This document shows positions 9,259 through 19,128 of a stretch of 64,000 bases of DNA, one piece after another. Source of the DNA: Syntrophorhabdaceae bacterium (GTDB lineage Bacteria > Desulfobacterota > Syntrophorhabdia > Syntrophorhabdales > Syntrophorhabdaceae). A program made the position numbers and the translations under genes. The stretch spans positions 4,448,001 to 4,512,000 of the forward strand of contig OY762209.1 in NCBI GenBank assembly GCA_963665295.1. Direction: 5' to 3'. The notes below the pieces were generated by a model that made no database searches, was not told the origin of the DNA, and saw only the letters and a list, made by a program, of their open reading frames with translations. Position 1 is the first letter of the stretch. Every line of letters begins with the position of its first letter.

Positions 9259-9522
9259 TGTCTCCTCCATAAATGGGATGAAAAGAAAATAATACATAAC
9301 GGTCATATTCATCAAGTCTTCTCATTCGGTCCGGGTATATCTTTCCCACGACACCTTCCCAATGAGAAGGCCCCGACGCGTGCCGACTGGGGAACCCCCC
9401 TTGCATGAAAACGGCAGCATCACATCGGATCATGGACATTGCCCTTTCGGGTACATAGTTGCAGACCATTTTTCGTACGACCGTAACCCTTCTTCCGTTG
9501 GCCGGTCCCGGCGGCCTCCGCC

Positions 9523-9551
9523 TTGACATCAGCATTACAGGGACTTAATAT
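9523..9551 (+). promoter_or_regulatory. sigma70-type promoter of the sod gene
   Basis: TTGACA-17 nt-TAATAT. Confidence 0.65.
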
Positions 9552-9726
9552 CTCTTCAGCGACGGGACTTCGTCCGGCGCGTAAACACCTTGAGGGCGTC
9601 GAAATTTTGGGACTTAACAGACGGGAATTCATTACGGTAGGCGTCGTCGGACTGATCGCCTCCCAGGGGTGGGAGCCGCAGTCCATGGCCCAGCCGCATA
9701 CCGCAAAATTCAAAGGAGGAACCAGA

Positions 9727-10302
9727 ATGTACTCAGCCAAAGATTATTCCGGACTTATAGGCATGGAAGGCTTCAGCGAGACCCTTCTAAAGAACCATTT
9801 TACCCTTTATCAGGGATACGTTGCCAATTCGAACAAACTCCTCGACACACTTGCCCAGATGCTCAAGGAAGATAAGGTGGCAGCCCCGGAGTTTGCCGAG
9901 TTGAAAAGACGTCTCGGCTGGGAATTCAACGGCATGCGGCTCCATGAGTACTATTTCGGAAACCTGGGCGGAAAGGCCGCGATCACGAAGGCAGGTCCTC
10001 TTGCCAAGAAACTGGAAGACAATTTCGGAAGTTACGAGGCATGGGAAAAGGATTTCAAGGCTGTCGGCTCCATGCGGGGGATCGGATGGACCGTCCTCTA
10101 CCAGGACACGGCCGCCGACAGACTGATCAATTTCTGGATAAATGAACACGACGTGTCGCACCCGGCGGGATGCAACCCCTTACTCATACTCGACGTGTTC
10201 GAGCATGCGTTTATGATCGATTACGGGTTGAAAAGGGCGGACTACATCGCCGCTTTTTTCAGGAACGTCAACTGGGCAAGCGTTGAATCGAGACTGAAAT
10301 AA
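9727..10302 (+). CDS. Fe/Mn superoxide dismutase (possible longer Tat-leader form from TTG 9607)
   Basis: Metal-ligand motifs NHFTLY, LHEYYF, DVFEHAFMIDY. AAAGGAGG RBS precedes ATG 9727. Confidence 0.92.
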   Translation: MYSAKDYSGLIGMEGFSETLLKNHFTLYQGYVANSNKLLDTLAQMLKEDKVAAPEFAELKRRLGWEFNGMRLHEYYFGNLGGKAAITKAGPLAKKLEDNFGSYEAWEKDFKAVGSMRGIGWTVLYQDTAADRLINFWINEHDVSHPAGCNPLLILDVFEHAFMIDYGLKRADYIAAFFRNVNWASVESRLK

Positions 10303-10327
10303 GACCGTTTACAGCACCGTATTATCC

Positions 10328-10354
10328 GGGACTCGCGGAGGTTTCCGCGGTCCC
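10328..10354. terminator. Stem-loop between sod and the original end of the convergent epimerase gene
   Basis: GGGACTCGCGGA-GGTT-TCCGCGGTCCC; no clear U-tract. Confidence 0.45.
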
Positions 10355-10404
10355 GCCCTTCCAGGCGGGGACTCCATGAGCCCCCGTTCCACACAAATTT
10401 ATCC

Positions 10405-10467
10405 CTATAAACCTTTTCCGGGCGTTTCGATATGGAAGCCCGCCTCCCTGAAGATCGGCGCAAGATA
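10405..10467 (-). pseudogene. Orphaned 3' tail (YLAPIFREAGFHIETPGKGL*) of the IS-interrupted epimerase gene
   Basis: Continues in frame from ...GRVSFK across the TTTAAA target site once the IS is removed. Confidence 0.8.
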
Positions 10468-10473
10468 TTTAAA

Positions 10474-12394
10474 CCGAAGTTCCCCCTGTGAAATCCCCCC
10501 AATATCACTCTATCCCGTTGAAATGACGGGAATAGGGTGATAATCATATCTTCTACTTGTTGCCATGTAATAGTGCATTATGTACTTGACATGTAGGTAA
10601 GATATTTGCTATATATGTTCCATGTACATCGAAAGCATCCCCAACCGCAACTCCCGGCCCGCCATCCTCTTGAGGGAGGCATGGAGGGAAGGCAAAAAGA
10701 TAAAGAAGAAGACAGTCGCAAACCTCACTGATTGGCCGGAAGAGAAGATCGAGCTCTTGAGGCGTGTATTGAAAGGGGAGTCTCTCGTCTCTCCGAAGGA
10801 AGCCTTTAAGGTTGAGCAGTCTCTCCCCCACGGCCATGTGGAGGCCATACTCGGGACAATAAAGAAGCTTGGCCTTGATACGGTCATTGCCTCGAAGCCT
10901 GGAAGGGAGAGAGACCTCGTAATCGCCATGATCGTGGAACGCCTCATCCACCCCTCATCGAAATTAGCAACTACGAGGCTCTGGCATACTACTTCGGTGG
11001 CGGAGGAACTCTCGGTTGCAGATGCCGATGAGGACGAACTCTATGATGCCCTGGACTGGCTTTTGGCAAGACAGGAGCGGATCGAGAAGAAGCTGGCGAA
11101 TAAGCACCTTACCGAGGGCTCGCTCGTGCTCTACGATGTGACGAGCAGTTACTACGAGGGCCACACCTGTCCCCTTGCGCAGTTCGGCCATGACCGGGAT
11201 GAAAAGGGAAAGAGGATCATCGTCTATGGAGTACTCACCGATCACGAAGGCCGACCTGTTGCAGTTACCGTCTATCCGGGGAATACGGGCGATCCCTCTA
11301 CCATTCCCGACCAGACGGCAAAGCTCAAAGAAAGATTCGGTCTCGATCACCTCGTCCTCGTGGGCGACAGGGGCATGCTTACGGAGACACAGATTACAAA
11401 GATAAAGGAGATGCCCGGCATAGGGTGGATATCGGCCCTCAGGTCTTCCGCCATACGCGAGCTTGTGGGACAGGGGAGCATCCAGATGTCCCTCTTCGAT
11501 ACCCAGGACTTTGCGGAAATCACCTCTCCCGAGTATCCGGGGGAAAGGCTCATCGCTTGCTTCAACCCCCTTCTTGCCGAAGAGAGAAAGAGGAAAAGAA
11601 ACGCGCTCCTCGATGTGACGGAAAAGAAGTTGTCCTCCATTGTACGGGCGGTCGGGAGAAGGACAAGGACGCCTCTTTCCGCAGCGGAGATAGGGAAGAA
11701 AGTCGGCGCGGTAGTCAACGATCACAAGATGGCGAAGCACTTTATCCTTACCATCGGAGACGGGTCCTTCTCATTCGCCCGGAACGAGGAGTCAATCACC
11801 GAAGAAGAAGCCCTCGACGGGATCTATGTGATCCGTACGAGTGAACCAGCCCTTCCTCCCGCCGATGTGGTACGGAACTACAAGAACCTTGCCCGGGTAG
11901 AGCGGGCCTTCAGGACCTTGAAGGGCATCGATCTTCTCGTCCGTCCCATTCACCACCGTACCGAGGATCACGTGCGAGCCCACATCTTTCTCTGCACCCT
12001 CGCCTATTACGTAGAGTGGCATATGAGGGAGGCCCTTACGCCGCTGCTCTTCGACGATGAGGAGCTTCCCCTCTCACGAACGACGAGAGACCCGGTAAAG
12101 CCCGCGGAGTCATCTTCTTCCGCAAAGAAAAAGAAGACCACCAAGCTCACCCCTGACGGCCTTCCCGTCCAGAGCTTCCGTACCCTCCTTGCCGCACTGG
12201 GGACCCGATGCAAAAACCGGTGCAGGATGGTTTTGGACTCCATGGCCCCGGCCTTCACCCTTCTTACTGATCCGACACCTCTCCAGGCCCGCGCCCTTGC
12301 CCTCCTCGGACTGTAGCCAGTAACGGGAAATCAATTTCTGCCATAATCATTGGAATATCAAGGTGATGGGTTAATATTGGGCGGGGAACTTCGG
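10474..12394 (+). mobile_element. IS1634-family insertion sequence
   Basis: Terminal inverted repeats CCGAAGTTCCCC (10474-10485) and GGGGAACTTCGG (12383-12394). Flanking TTTAAA at 10468-10473 and 12395-12400 is taken as the target duplication. It is palindromic, so the exact ends are ambiguous by a few nt. Confidence 0.9.
10622..12316 (+). CDS. IS1634-family DDE transposase
   Basis: LYDVTSSYYEG, VGDRGM, YKNLARVERAFRTLK, RPIHH..EDHVRAHIFLCTLAY motifs; the ORF is intact. Confidence 0.93.
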   Translation: MYIESIPNRNSRPAILLREAWREGKKIKKKTVANLTDWPEEKIELLRRVLKGESLVSPKEAFKVEQSLPHGHVEAILGTIKKLGLDTVIASKPGRERDLVIAMIVERLIHPSSKLATTRLWHTTSVAEELSVADADEDELYDALDWLLARQERIEKKLANKHLTEGSLVLYDVTSSYYEGHTCPLAQFGHDRDEKGKRIIVYGVLTDHEGRPVAVTVYPGNTGDPSTIPDQTAKLKERFGLDHLVLVGDRGMLTETQITKIKEMPGIGWISALRSSAIRELVGQGSIQMSLFDTQDFAEITSPEYPGERLIACFNPLLAEERKRKRNALLDVTEKKLSSIVRAVGRRTRTPLSAAEIGKKVGAVVNDHKMAKHFILTIGDGSFSFARNEESITEEEALDGIYVIRTSEPALPPADVVRNYKNLARVERAFRTLKGIDLLVRPIHHRTEDHVRAHIFLCTLAYYVEWHMREALTPLLFDDEELPLSRTTRDPVKPAESSSSAKKKKTTKLTPDGLPVQSFRTLLAALGTRCKNRCRMVLDSMAPAFTLLTDPTPLQARALALLGL

Positions 12395-13195
12395 TTTAAA
12401 ACTTACCCGACCGGCCTCTTCAGGCATATCCACATAAGGATAGAGTTCCAGACTGATGTCCCCACTGTACCCCTCCTCGGACATGGCCTTCAGCATGGCG
12501 GGAAACGGGACTGATCCCAGTCCGGCAATCAGGTGGTTATGGACCCGGCTCGAAGCGATGTCTTCAAGGTGGACGTGGCCCACCCACTCAGACAACTCGC
12601 GGAAGGATTCCACCGGGTCTTCCCCCACACAGAAGAAATGACCCATATCGAAATTTAAGCCCACGGACGCGGACTTTACCTCCGCGATAAACGATTTGAA
12701 TTGAGAACTGTTCTCGATCAAGAGACCCGGTTCGGGCTCTACAAGGACCTTCACGCCCAGGGCCTCTGCCGCAGGGATCACCCGTTCGAGTCCTTCCCGG
12801 AATAAGGACAGCGCCCGGCCCCTCGAATCCCCGTTCAAAGGGCCCCCGGGAGGCACGGATATATTTCCGCAACCGAGGTACCTGGCTACTCTCAGACATT
12901 CCAGCGTGTGGCGGACGCGGACGTCACGCCTCGCTTTGTCTTCCTCGATCCACGAAGGGAGGTAGGTGTCCCCCACCGCGAAAAGCGTGAAGCTGTTCAG
13001 GTTGGTAATCCTGAGCCCCCGTTCATCGATAAGCCTCTTCAGGCGGGCGAGGTCCGCCTCCCCGAAGTCGGGCGGGTAGAGGTGGGGCCGGTCGCACATA
13101 ATCTCCACACCCCCAAACCCCAGAGAGGCAATTCTCTCCACCGATTCAAAAAGGTCGAACTTAACGAACGCGTTGGTACTGTATCCGAATCTCAT
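12371..13195 (-). CDS. Sugar-phosphate isomerase/epimerase (xylose-isomerase-like TIM barrel), with its C-terminus replaced by IS sequence
   Basis: VEPEPG, NFDMGH, HVHLED, H..H...G.G, SLELY metal-binding motifs. The last 7 aa (PKFPAQY) are IS-encoded. Confidence 0.88.
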   Translation of the reverse strand: MRFGYSTNAFVKFDLFESVERIASLGFGGVEIMCDRPHLYPPDFGEADLARLKRLIDERGLRITNLNSFTLFAVGDTYLPSWIEEDKARRDVRVRHTLECLRVARYLGCGNISVPPGGPLNGDSRGRALSLFREGLERVIPAAEALGVKVLVEPEPGLLIENSSQFKSFIAEVKSASVGLNFDMGHFFCVGEDPVESFRELSEWVGHVHLEDIASSRVHNHLIAGLGSVPFPAMLKAMSEEGYSGDISLELYPYVDMPEEAGRVSFKPKFPAQY

Positions 13196-13271
13196 GGTCT
13201 GCTCCTTTTCCGGCTTGCGAGGGTGCGTCTCCGTCGGTACGGCTCTACTCCGGTTTTCACGAGACTACCGG

Positions 13272-14429
13272 TCACGTGCTGCCGCACGAACGCTCCAGTT
13301 GATCAAGGCTATGCAACTGGTCCTGAAAACTGAGGGGGACGCCTTCGCCCAGGGGCTTCTTAAAGAAGAAAGCGAGTTCCGGGACCGGTCCCATCCTCCC
13401 CGCCTCCTTAAGGACTGCCATCCACCTGGCCAGATCAAGGACCATCGGGGCGGCGAGAATCGAGTCCCTCCCCAGAAGGTTGAGACGAAGGCTCATGGGG
13501 AGACCGAAGAGTCCCATAAAGTCGATGACATCCCATGCCTCTTTCGCGTCCCCGCGAGGTGGGTAATAGTCGATACGGACCTTGTGGGACGATGAACCGT
13601 ATCTTTCTCCCACATGATAGCCAAGGACCTCGTCGAGGAGTTCCGTCTTGTTTGAAAGCTTGGCGTCGGCCCTGCCGGGCTCCACAAGATTTTCTCCGTC
13701 CGCGTTTCCAAGAATATTCATGCTGTACCAGCCATCGACATACAGACTTCTCGCTTTCAAAGCCGATGCGAGCACTACTTTCAGGTAAGTTTGGCCGCTT
13801 TTACCGTCCCTTCCGCAAAGCGGGACGCGCGACCCCATCGCCGCTCGCTGAATGGCAGGAATCTCCACCTCATTGGAGGTGAAATTCACCACGGGCACAC
13901 CGCTTTCTATTGCCGCTGCCACGTAAGCGATGTCCTGCGGCTCATTCCTTATCCGCCGCGCATAAAGGTCGTGAAGGGACCGGCAATCGCCGGAATCGAA
14001 ACGAACGGAGGCGGGCAGCAGGTTAATGAAAACGGGTCGGCAACGCGGGTACATGCTTCTGAAGGCATCCATGTCCTCTGCCAGACGGATCACTCTGGTT
14101 TTAAGGGGGATGTCGGGCCTTGGCGCCTCGCGGACAGGTATCTCCGTGAGCCTTTCGAGACAGCCCATCCAGGTCTTTCCAGGGAGAACGCCATGGTGCT
14201 TTATGGAATCGGGAAGACTCCTCGTACTCGTGTCCCATCCCACCATTCTGGTAGCTTGCGGCAGCCCCAGGCCGGGAAACTTGTCGGCAGTGGTGAGGCT
14301 CGCAAGTACCAGGTCCGGGTTCACGCCCAGTGTCGCAACCGCAACAGCCAGAGTGGACCCCACCGCACCTTTTGCCCCCGCAACCATAAGGAGAAGTCCC
14401 GGCAGACCCGGGTCACCAAAAGCCGTCAT
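13272..14429 (-). CDS. ino1: Myo-inositol-1-phosphate synthase family protein
   Basis: GAKGAVG Rossmann motif, GRDGKSGQTYLK, NILGNADG, YYPPRGDAKEAWD, GRDSILAAPMVLDL. Confidence 0.85.
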   Translation of the reverse strand: MTAFGDPGLPGLLLMVAGAKGAVGSTLAVAVATLGVNPDLVLASLTTADKFPGLGLPQATRMVGWDTSTRSLPDSIKHHGVLPGKTWMGCLERLTEIPVREAPRPDIPLKTRVIRLAEDMDAFRSMYPRCRPVFINLLPASVRFDSGDCRSLHDLYARRIRNEPQDIAYVAAAIESGVPVVNFTSNEVEIPAIQRAAMGSRVPLCGRDGKSGQTYLKVVLASALKARSLYVDGWYSMNILGNADGENLVEPGRADAKLSNKTELLDEVLGYHVGERYGSSSHKVRIDYYPPRGDAKEAWDVIDFMGLFGLPMSLRLNLLGRDSILAAPMVLDLARWMAVLKEAGRMGPVPELAFFFKKPLGEGVPLSFQDQLHSLDQLERSCGST

Positions 14430-14496
14430 ACTTCCCGCTCCAAAACAGATTTGTCAGTCATATTCATCATGCGGCTATTCTCCTGCGACATATTTT

Positions 14497-16266
14497 TCAA
14501 GCTCCCCTTTCTTCGAGGGGGCGGCGCGACAGCGCTTCTGAAATCATTCCGGATAACTGCCTAAGGCCTTCTGCCGTATTTCCACCCACATGGACGCGTA
14601 TGGTGCGTCTTCCATGCTTTTTCAGGGCTTCCATGTCCCCCACTGCCTGGGCGCGCTTCAATACGCCGAAGGAGTAATTTGAACCGGGAATGGCAACGTC
14701 CTCTTCGTCATCCGAGGTAATCTGGAGAAAGAGGCCCTTATTGGGGCCTCCCTTATGGAACTGACCCGTGGAATGGAGAAACCTCGGGCCATATCCCATA
14801 GTTGTGGCAAGACCAAGGCGGTCCCTCACGGTCACCCGTATATCCTGCAAGGCCTTCGTAGCATCCGGTGTTTCGGTGAGGTATGCCTGGAGAGCGACAT
14901 AGTCGGAGGTCCGCGCCCGCGCTAGAAACTTCGAGAGAATCGTGACCCCGTCCTCCCCTCCCGCGGTGTCGCCATAGAAAGAGAGACCCCTTTCCCGTAG
15001 TTGAGGCTCTGCCTCCGTCAGGCCGCCGGCTCTACACACTTCTTCGAGCAGCTTGTTTGTCACATCCTTGCTTTCCTGGACATTCGGCTGGTCGAAAGGG
15101 TTTATGTCCAGAATCCGCCCCGCGGTCGCCGTGGCAATCTCAAAACGGTAGAACTCTTGAGCAATGTCAAACAAGTCGTTGAGCCTGATCACGATGACCG
15201 GCTTGCCCGCCCGCTTCAGCCTGTCCACTGCTTTCTCGAAAGACGGGTCTTCCTGCCCCTTCACCTCAAAACAGACAAAAAGCCTGTCCTCTCCATAGAC
15301 GGAGGGGTCGCCCAGCGGTTCGTCGGCCACCGGCAGAATGCCGGTTCCTTCCTTGCCGGTACTTTCCGCAATCAACTGTTCCAGCCACAACCCGATGGCG
15401 CCGATCGATTCAGGCACGAGAAAGGTGAGCTTGTCTATCCCCTGTCGTGCAAGCTCGCCCATGGCAGCACCCAGCACGACCCCCGGGTTCTCGCGAAGAG
15501 GCACGCCGTAGAGGCATGCCTTCTCCATCCTCAGAGCCCTCAGAACGAGTTTGTCAATATTGAGACCCATGAGGGCGGCGGGAACGAGCCCGAAATAGGA
15601 AATTGCAGAATATCTGCCTCCAATGTCTTTGAAGTTGTGGATTACACTCCTGAAACACCGCTTTTTCGCGAGAGTCTCAAGGGAGCTTCCCGGATCGGTA
15701 ATAACCGCAAAATTGCCTCCCGCGGTTATCTCGTTTATCCCGACCAATCTTTCGAAAAAGTACTCACCAAAAGCATTCGGCTCCACAGTGGTCCCCGACT
15801 TACTTGCGATAATAAAGAGTGTCTCCTTGAGGGGCGTCCCTTTTTCGGTCGCCAGGACCGTGGCAGGGTCGGTGGTGTCAAGAACCGCAACCGGCATACC
15901 CTTGACGCTGTGCCCGAAGGTGCGGGCAAAGACAATGGGGGCCATGCTGCTGCCCCCCATGCCCATAAGGACGGCGCGGTTCAGACCCGCGGAAAGCACT
16001 TCCGCGGCAAATTCATAGATATCATCGACATGGAGAGCCATTTTCTCCGGTGCGTCAAGCCATCCCAGGCAACCCCTTATCTGGTCGGCGCTCTTCTCGT
16101 CCTTCTTCCAAAGGGTTGGGTCCCTTTGCCACATACGTTCGACAAAGTTTTCCTCAGCGAGCATCCTTAAGCGGGCATTCACCGCTTCCTCGTGTTCCCC
16201 GAGGTAGAGGACCTGCCTGCTCAGCCCTTCTTCCGCGCCTGTTTCCTTTCTTCCGGTCTTCACCAT
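14497..16266 (-). CDS. pgi: Glucose-6-phosphate isomerase (Pgi half of the Tal-Pgi type)
   Basis: GMGGSS, ASKSGTTVE, IGGRYS, EQLIAESTGKEG, FDQPNVQESK, GPRFLHSTGQFHKGGP. Confidence 0.88.
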   Translation of the reverse strand: MVKTGRKETGAEEGLSRQVLYLGEHEEAVNARLRMLAEENFVERMWQRDPTLWKKDEKSADQIRGCLGWLDAPEKMALHVDDIYEFAAEVLSAGLNRAVLMGMGGSSMAPIVFARTFGHSVKGMPVAVLDTTDPATVLATEKGTPLKETLFIIASKSGTTVEPNAFGEYFFERLVGINEITAGGNFAVITDPGSSLETLAKKRCFRSVIHNFKDIGGRYSAISYFGLVPAALMGLNIDKLVLRALRMEKACLYGVPLRENPGVVLGAAMGELARQGIDKLTFLVPESIGAIGLWLEQLIAESTGKEGTGILPVADEPLGDPSVYGEDRLFVCFEVKGQEDPSFEKAVDRLKRAGKPVIVIRLNDLFDIAQEFYRFEIATATAGRILDINPFDQPNVQESKDVTNKLLEEVCRAGGLTEAEPQLRERGLSFYGDTAGGEDGVTILSKFLARARTSDYVALQAYLTETPDATKALQDIRVTVRDRLGLATTMGYGPRFLHSTGQFHKGGPNKGLFLQITSDDEEDVAIPGSNYSFGVLKRAQAVGDMEALKKHGRRTIRVHVGGNTAEGLRQLSGMISEALSRRPLEERGA

Positions 16267-16293
16267 AGTACCGCTACCCCCTCTTATTCGTCT

Positions 16294-17046
16294 TTAATGG
16301 GCCTTTCTTTTTTGCGTCAACAACCGGGCCGCCTCCCTGTCTACAAGGAAGCAAAGGGAACCATCCCGCGGCACAACGTGCGAGGCCGGCAGGGCCGCGT
16401 TCCCGTCTTCCACAACCCCTTTGAGGGACGCCGCCTTGCGGGACCCGCAAACCAGAAATATGATTCGTCGGGCATTGTTCATTACCGGCAGCGTGAGCGT
16501 AATCCTGTCATGACGCGCACTGTCGAGTGTTACGGCCCTTGACAACCTCTTCGACTCCCCGAGCGCAGGGTTGCCCGGAAAGAGCGAAGCCGTGTGGCCG
16601 TCTTCGCCGAGACCGAGGATGATGAGGTCAAACCGCGGGAGTTCTCCCGGTTTCAGCCGGAAGTGCCTCCTTAACTCTTCCTCGTACCTTTCCGCCGCTT
16701 CATCAGGCGTAGGCCCTTCCGTCACTACGTGATGAAGATGGTTTTCAAACGTGGAAACGGCGTCACCCATGGTCTCCCGCACCATATGATAGTTGCTTTC
16801 TTTGTCGGTAAGGGGAACAAACCGCTCGTCCGCAAGGAAGATGTGAATATTTCCCCGTCCCGGGTTCTCGTCCGTCCGTGCCAGGGCGCGGTATAGATCC
16901 ACCGGCGTTTCTCCCCCGGAGAGGGCGACGGTCATATATCCCCGCACTGCAACAGATTCCCCATACGCCTCGCGCCATATCCCCATTGCGAATTCCACAA
17001 GCGATTTCTTCTCATCGAATACGATTACCCTTCCGGTGCTACCCAT
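16294..17046 (-). CDS. pgl: 6-phosphogluconolactonase
   Basis: ALSGGETP, DERFVP, LGLGEDGHTASLFP, RITLT. Confidence 0.93.
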   Translation of the reverse strand: MGSTGRVIVFDEKKSLVEFAMGIWREAYGESVAVRGYMTVALSGGETPVDLYRALARTDENPGRGNIHIFLADERFVPLTDKESNYHMVRETMGDAVSTFENHLHHVVTEGPTPDEAAERYEEELRRHFRLKPGELPRFDLIILGLGEDGHTASLFPGNPALGESKRLSRAVTLDSARHDRITLTLPVMNNARRIIFLVCGSRKAASLKGVVEDGNAALPASHVVPRDGSLCFLVDREAARLLTQKRKAH

Positions 17047-17098
17047 TCCACTTCAACTCCTCGACGGCGTTCCGCTTCTTATGCCCTCAACCATGGCC

Positions 17099-18643
17099 TT
17101 ACGTAGTGAGCCAACTCCGCCCCTCTTGCTCAATTAGTTGCCCGGCCTCAGGAGGTCCCCATGTGCCGGCCTCATAGTTCGGGGGATTTGCAGGCCGCTG
17201 GTCCTCCCACCGGGAGATAATCGGGTCGACCACATCCCACATGGCCTCGATCTCATCCTCCCTGACGAAGAGAGTAAGGTCCCCTTTCATGATATCGATG
17301 AGCAGACGCTCATAGGGGCGGTGAAGGTGTACCTTGAAGGTATCCTTGTAGCTGAATGCCATGTTTACCGAGTATATCTGATTGTTGGAATACGGATATT
17401 TCACGCCGAAACGCATGGCTATCTTCTCGTCCGGTTGGATGGTCAGCCTCAGGACATTAGGCTCCAGTTCGTCGCAGGTCCTGCCGAAAAGCCTCAAGGG
17501 AAGCCTTTTGAGTTCTATGCATATCTCGGTAACCTGGGAGGGCATTCTCTTTCCCGTGCGGACAAAGAACGGCACGCCCGCCCACCGGAGGTTGTCTATT
17601 TGGATTTTTCCCGCAAAAAAGGTCGATACCGCAGAGTCGGGGGACACGTTTGGTTCAGCCCTGTAACCAGGCACCGGCATATTTCGTATCATGCCCGGCC
17701 CGTACTGGCCGCGTACCATAAACCTGTCGACGTAGGCCTCGTCCATGGGGCGGACGGAACGCATTATCTTGAGTTTCTCGTCCCGGACGTAATCAGCCTC
17801 GAAGCCGATGGGCGGTTCCATTGCTACCAGCCCTATAAGCTGCATGATATGGTTCTGGACGATGTCCCTCACTACGCCCGCATGCTCGTAGAAAGCGCCC
17901 CTGTGCTCGACGCCTATTTCCTCGGCGACGGTTATCTGCACATTGTCCACAAAACGACGGTTCCAGATCTCCTCGAAAAGGGTGTTGGAAAACCGGAAAA
18001 ACATGATGTTCTGGACAGGGTCCCTCGCAAGGTAGTGATCAATCCTGTATATCTGTCTCTCATCAAAGGCATCGGTGAGAATCATATTCAGGTTCACCGC
18101 CGACGCGCGGTCCCGGCCGAAAGGCTTTTCCATCACTATCCGCGCAGGCACCGGTCCCTTTGCAAGGCCATTGCTTTTCAGCTTGCCGATCACCATGGGC
18201 GCCACCTGTGGGGGAACCGCCATGTAGTATATGGCGTCACCGGCATCCAGAGACCCGCATCTTTCCAGCCGGCGCCTCAAAATCGCATAGTTTTCGTCGT
18301 CCTCGAAGGAACCGGACAGAAATTCGAGGTGTCCGGCAAATTCCGCCCAGGTCTTTTCATCGAAAGGCTCCCCTTCGAAGAAACCCACCGCTTCTTTCAT
18401 GAATGACAGGTATTCTTCCCCGGAGAGGGCAACTTTATCGAAGGCAAAGATCGAGAAGTTCTTCGCCAGTTCATTCTCTTTGTACAGATGATAGAGGGAA
18501 GGCAGAAGCTTTCTCTTCGTAAGGTCTCCTGCACCTCCGAAAATTACCATTATGAAAGGCACCGGGCTGAATGATTCCTCCGCGATATCGCACAATTTGA
18601 GGAATCTGCTGTCAATGATGCCGTCGTATCCCTTTGTCCTCAT
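17099..18643 (-). CDS. zwf: Glucose-6-phosphate dehydrogenase
   Basis: [40 protein letters not shown]. Confidence 0.95.
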   Translation of the reverse strand: MRTKGYDGIIDSRFLKLCDIAEESFSPVPFIMVIFGGAGDLTKRKLLPSLYHLYKENELAKNFSIFAFDKVALSGEEYLSFMKEAVGFFEGEPFDEKTWAEFAGHLEFLSGSFEDDENYAILRRRLERCGSLDAGDAIYYMAVPPQVAPMVIGKLKSNGLAKGPVPARIVMEKPFGRDRASAVNLNMILTDAFDERQIYRIDHYLARDPVQNIMFFRFSNTLFEEIWNRRFVDNVQITVAEEIGVEHRGAFYEHAGVVRDIVQNHIMQLIGLVAMEPPIGFEADYVRDEKLKIMRSVRPMDEAYVDRFMVRGQYGPGMIRNMPVPGYRAEPNVSPDSAVSTFFAGKIQIDNLRWAGVPFFVRTGKRMPSQVTEICIELKRLPLRLFGRTCDELEPNVLRLTIQPDEKIAMRFGVKYPYSNNQIYSVNMAFSYKDTFKVHLHRPYERLLIDIMKGDLTLFVREDEIEAMWDVVDPIISRWEDQRPANPPNYEAGTWGPPEAGQLIEQEGRSWLTT

Positions 18644-19122
18644 AAAACATCCGCCTCCATAATTTCTTCTTCAATCCTCCGGATTTTTTCGAGCCTCCTC
18701 ACGTGGCGTTCTCCCGCGGAAAATCTCGCTTCAAGGAAAAGGGCCACGATTTCTTTCGCCAGTTCCTCGCCCACGACTCTTTCCCCGAGACAGAGCACGT
18801 TCATGTCGTCATGTTCCACGCCCTGGTGGGCTGAGTAAGAATCGTGGCAAACCGCCGCCCTGACCCCGGGAAATTTTGACGCCGCGATGGAGGCGCCTAC
18901 GCCGCTCCCGCAGATGATGATGCCCCTCGCCGCTTCCCCCGCGCGGACGGATTCCGCCACGGCCCGGGCGAAGTCGGGATAATCGTCCGAGGGGTTTTCA
19001 TGGCGTGCGCCGAGATCGGTCACCTCATACCCTTTCGACCTGAGAAAGAGGGATATCTTTTCTTTCAGCCTGAAACCTCCGTGATCGGCGCCCACAACAA
19101 CCTTCATAGCTTCACGAACCAT
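18640..19122 (-). CDS. rpiB: Ribose-5-phosphate isomerase B
   Basis: [33 protein letters not shown]. Confidence 0.95.
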   Translation of the reverse strand: MVREAMKVVVGADHGGFRLKEKISLFLRSKGYEVTDLGARHENPSDDYPDFARAVAESVRAGEAARGIIICGSGVGASIAASKFPGVRAAVCHDSYSAHQGVEHDDMNVLCLGERVVGEELAKEIVALFLEARFSAGERHVRRLEKIRRIEEEIMEADVL

Positions 19123-19128
19123 AATCGT

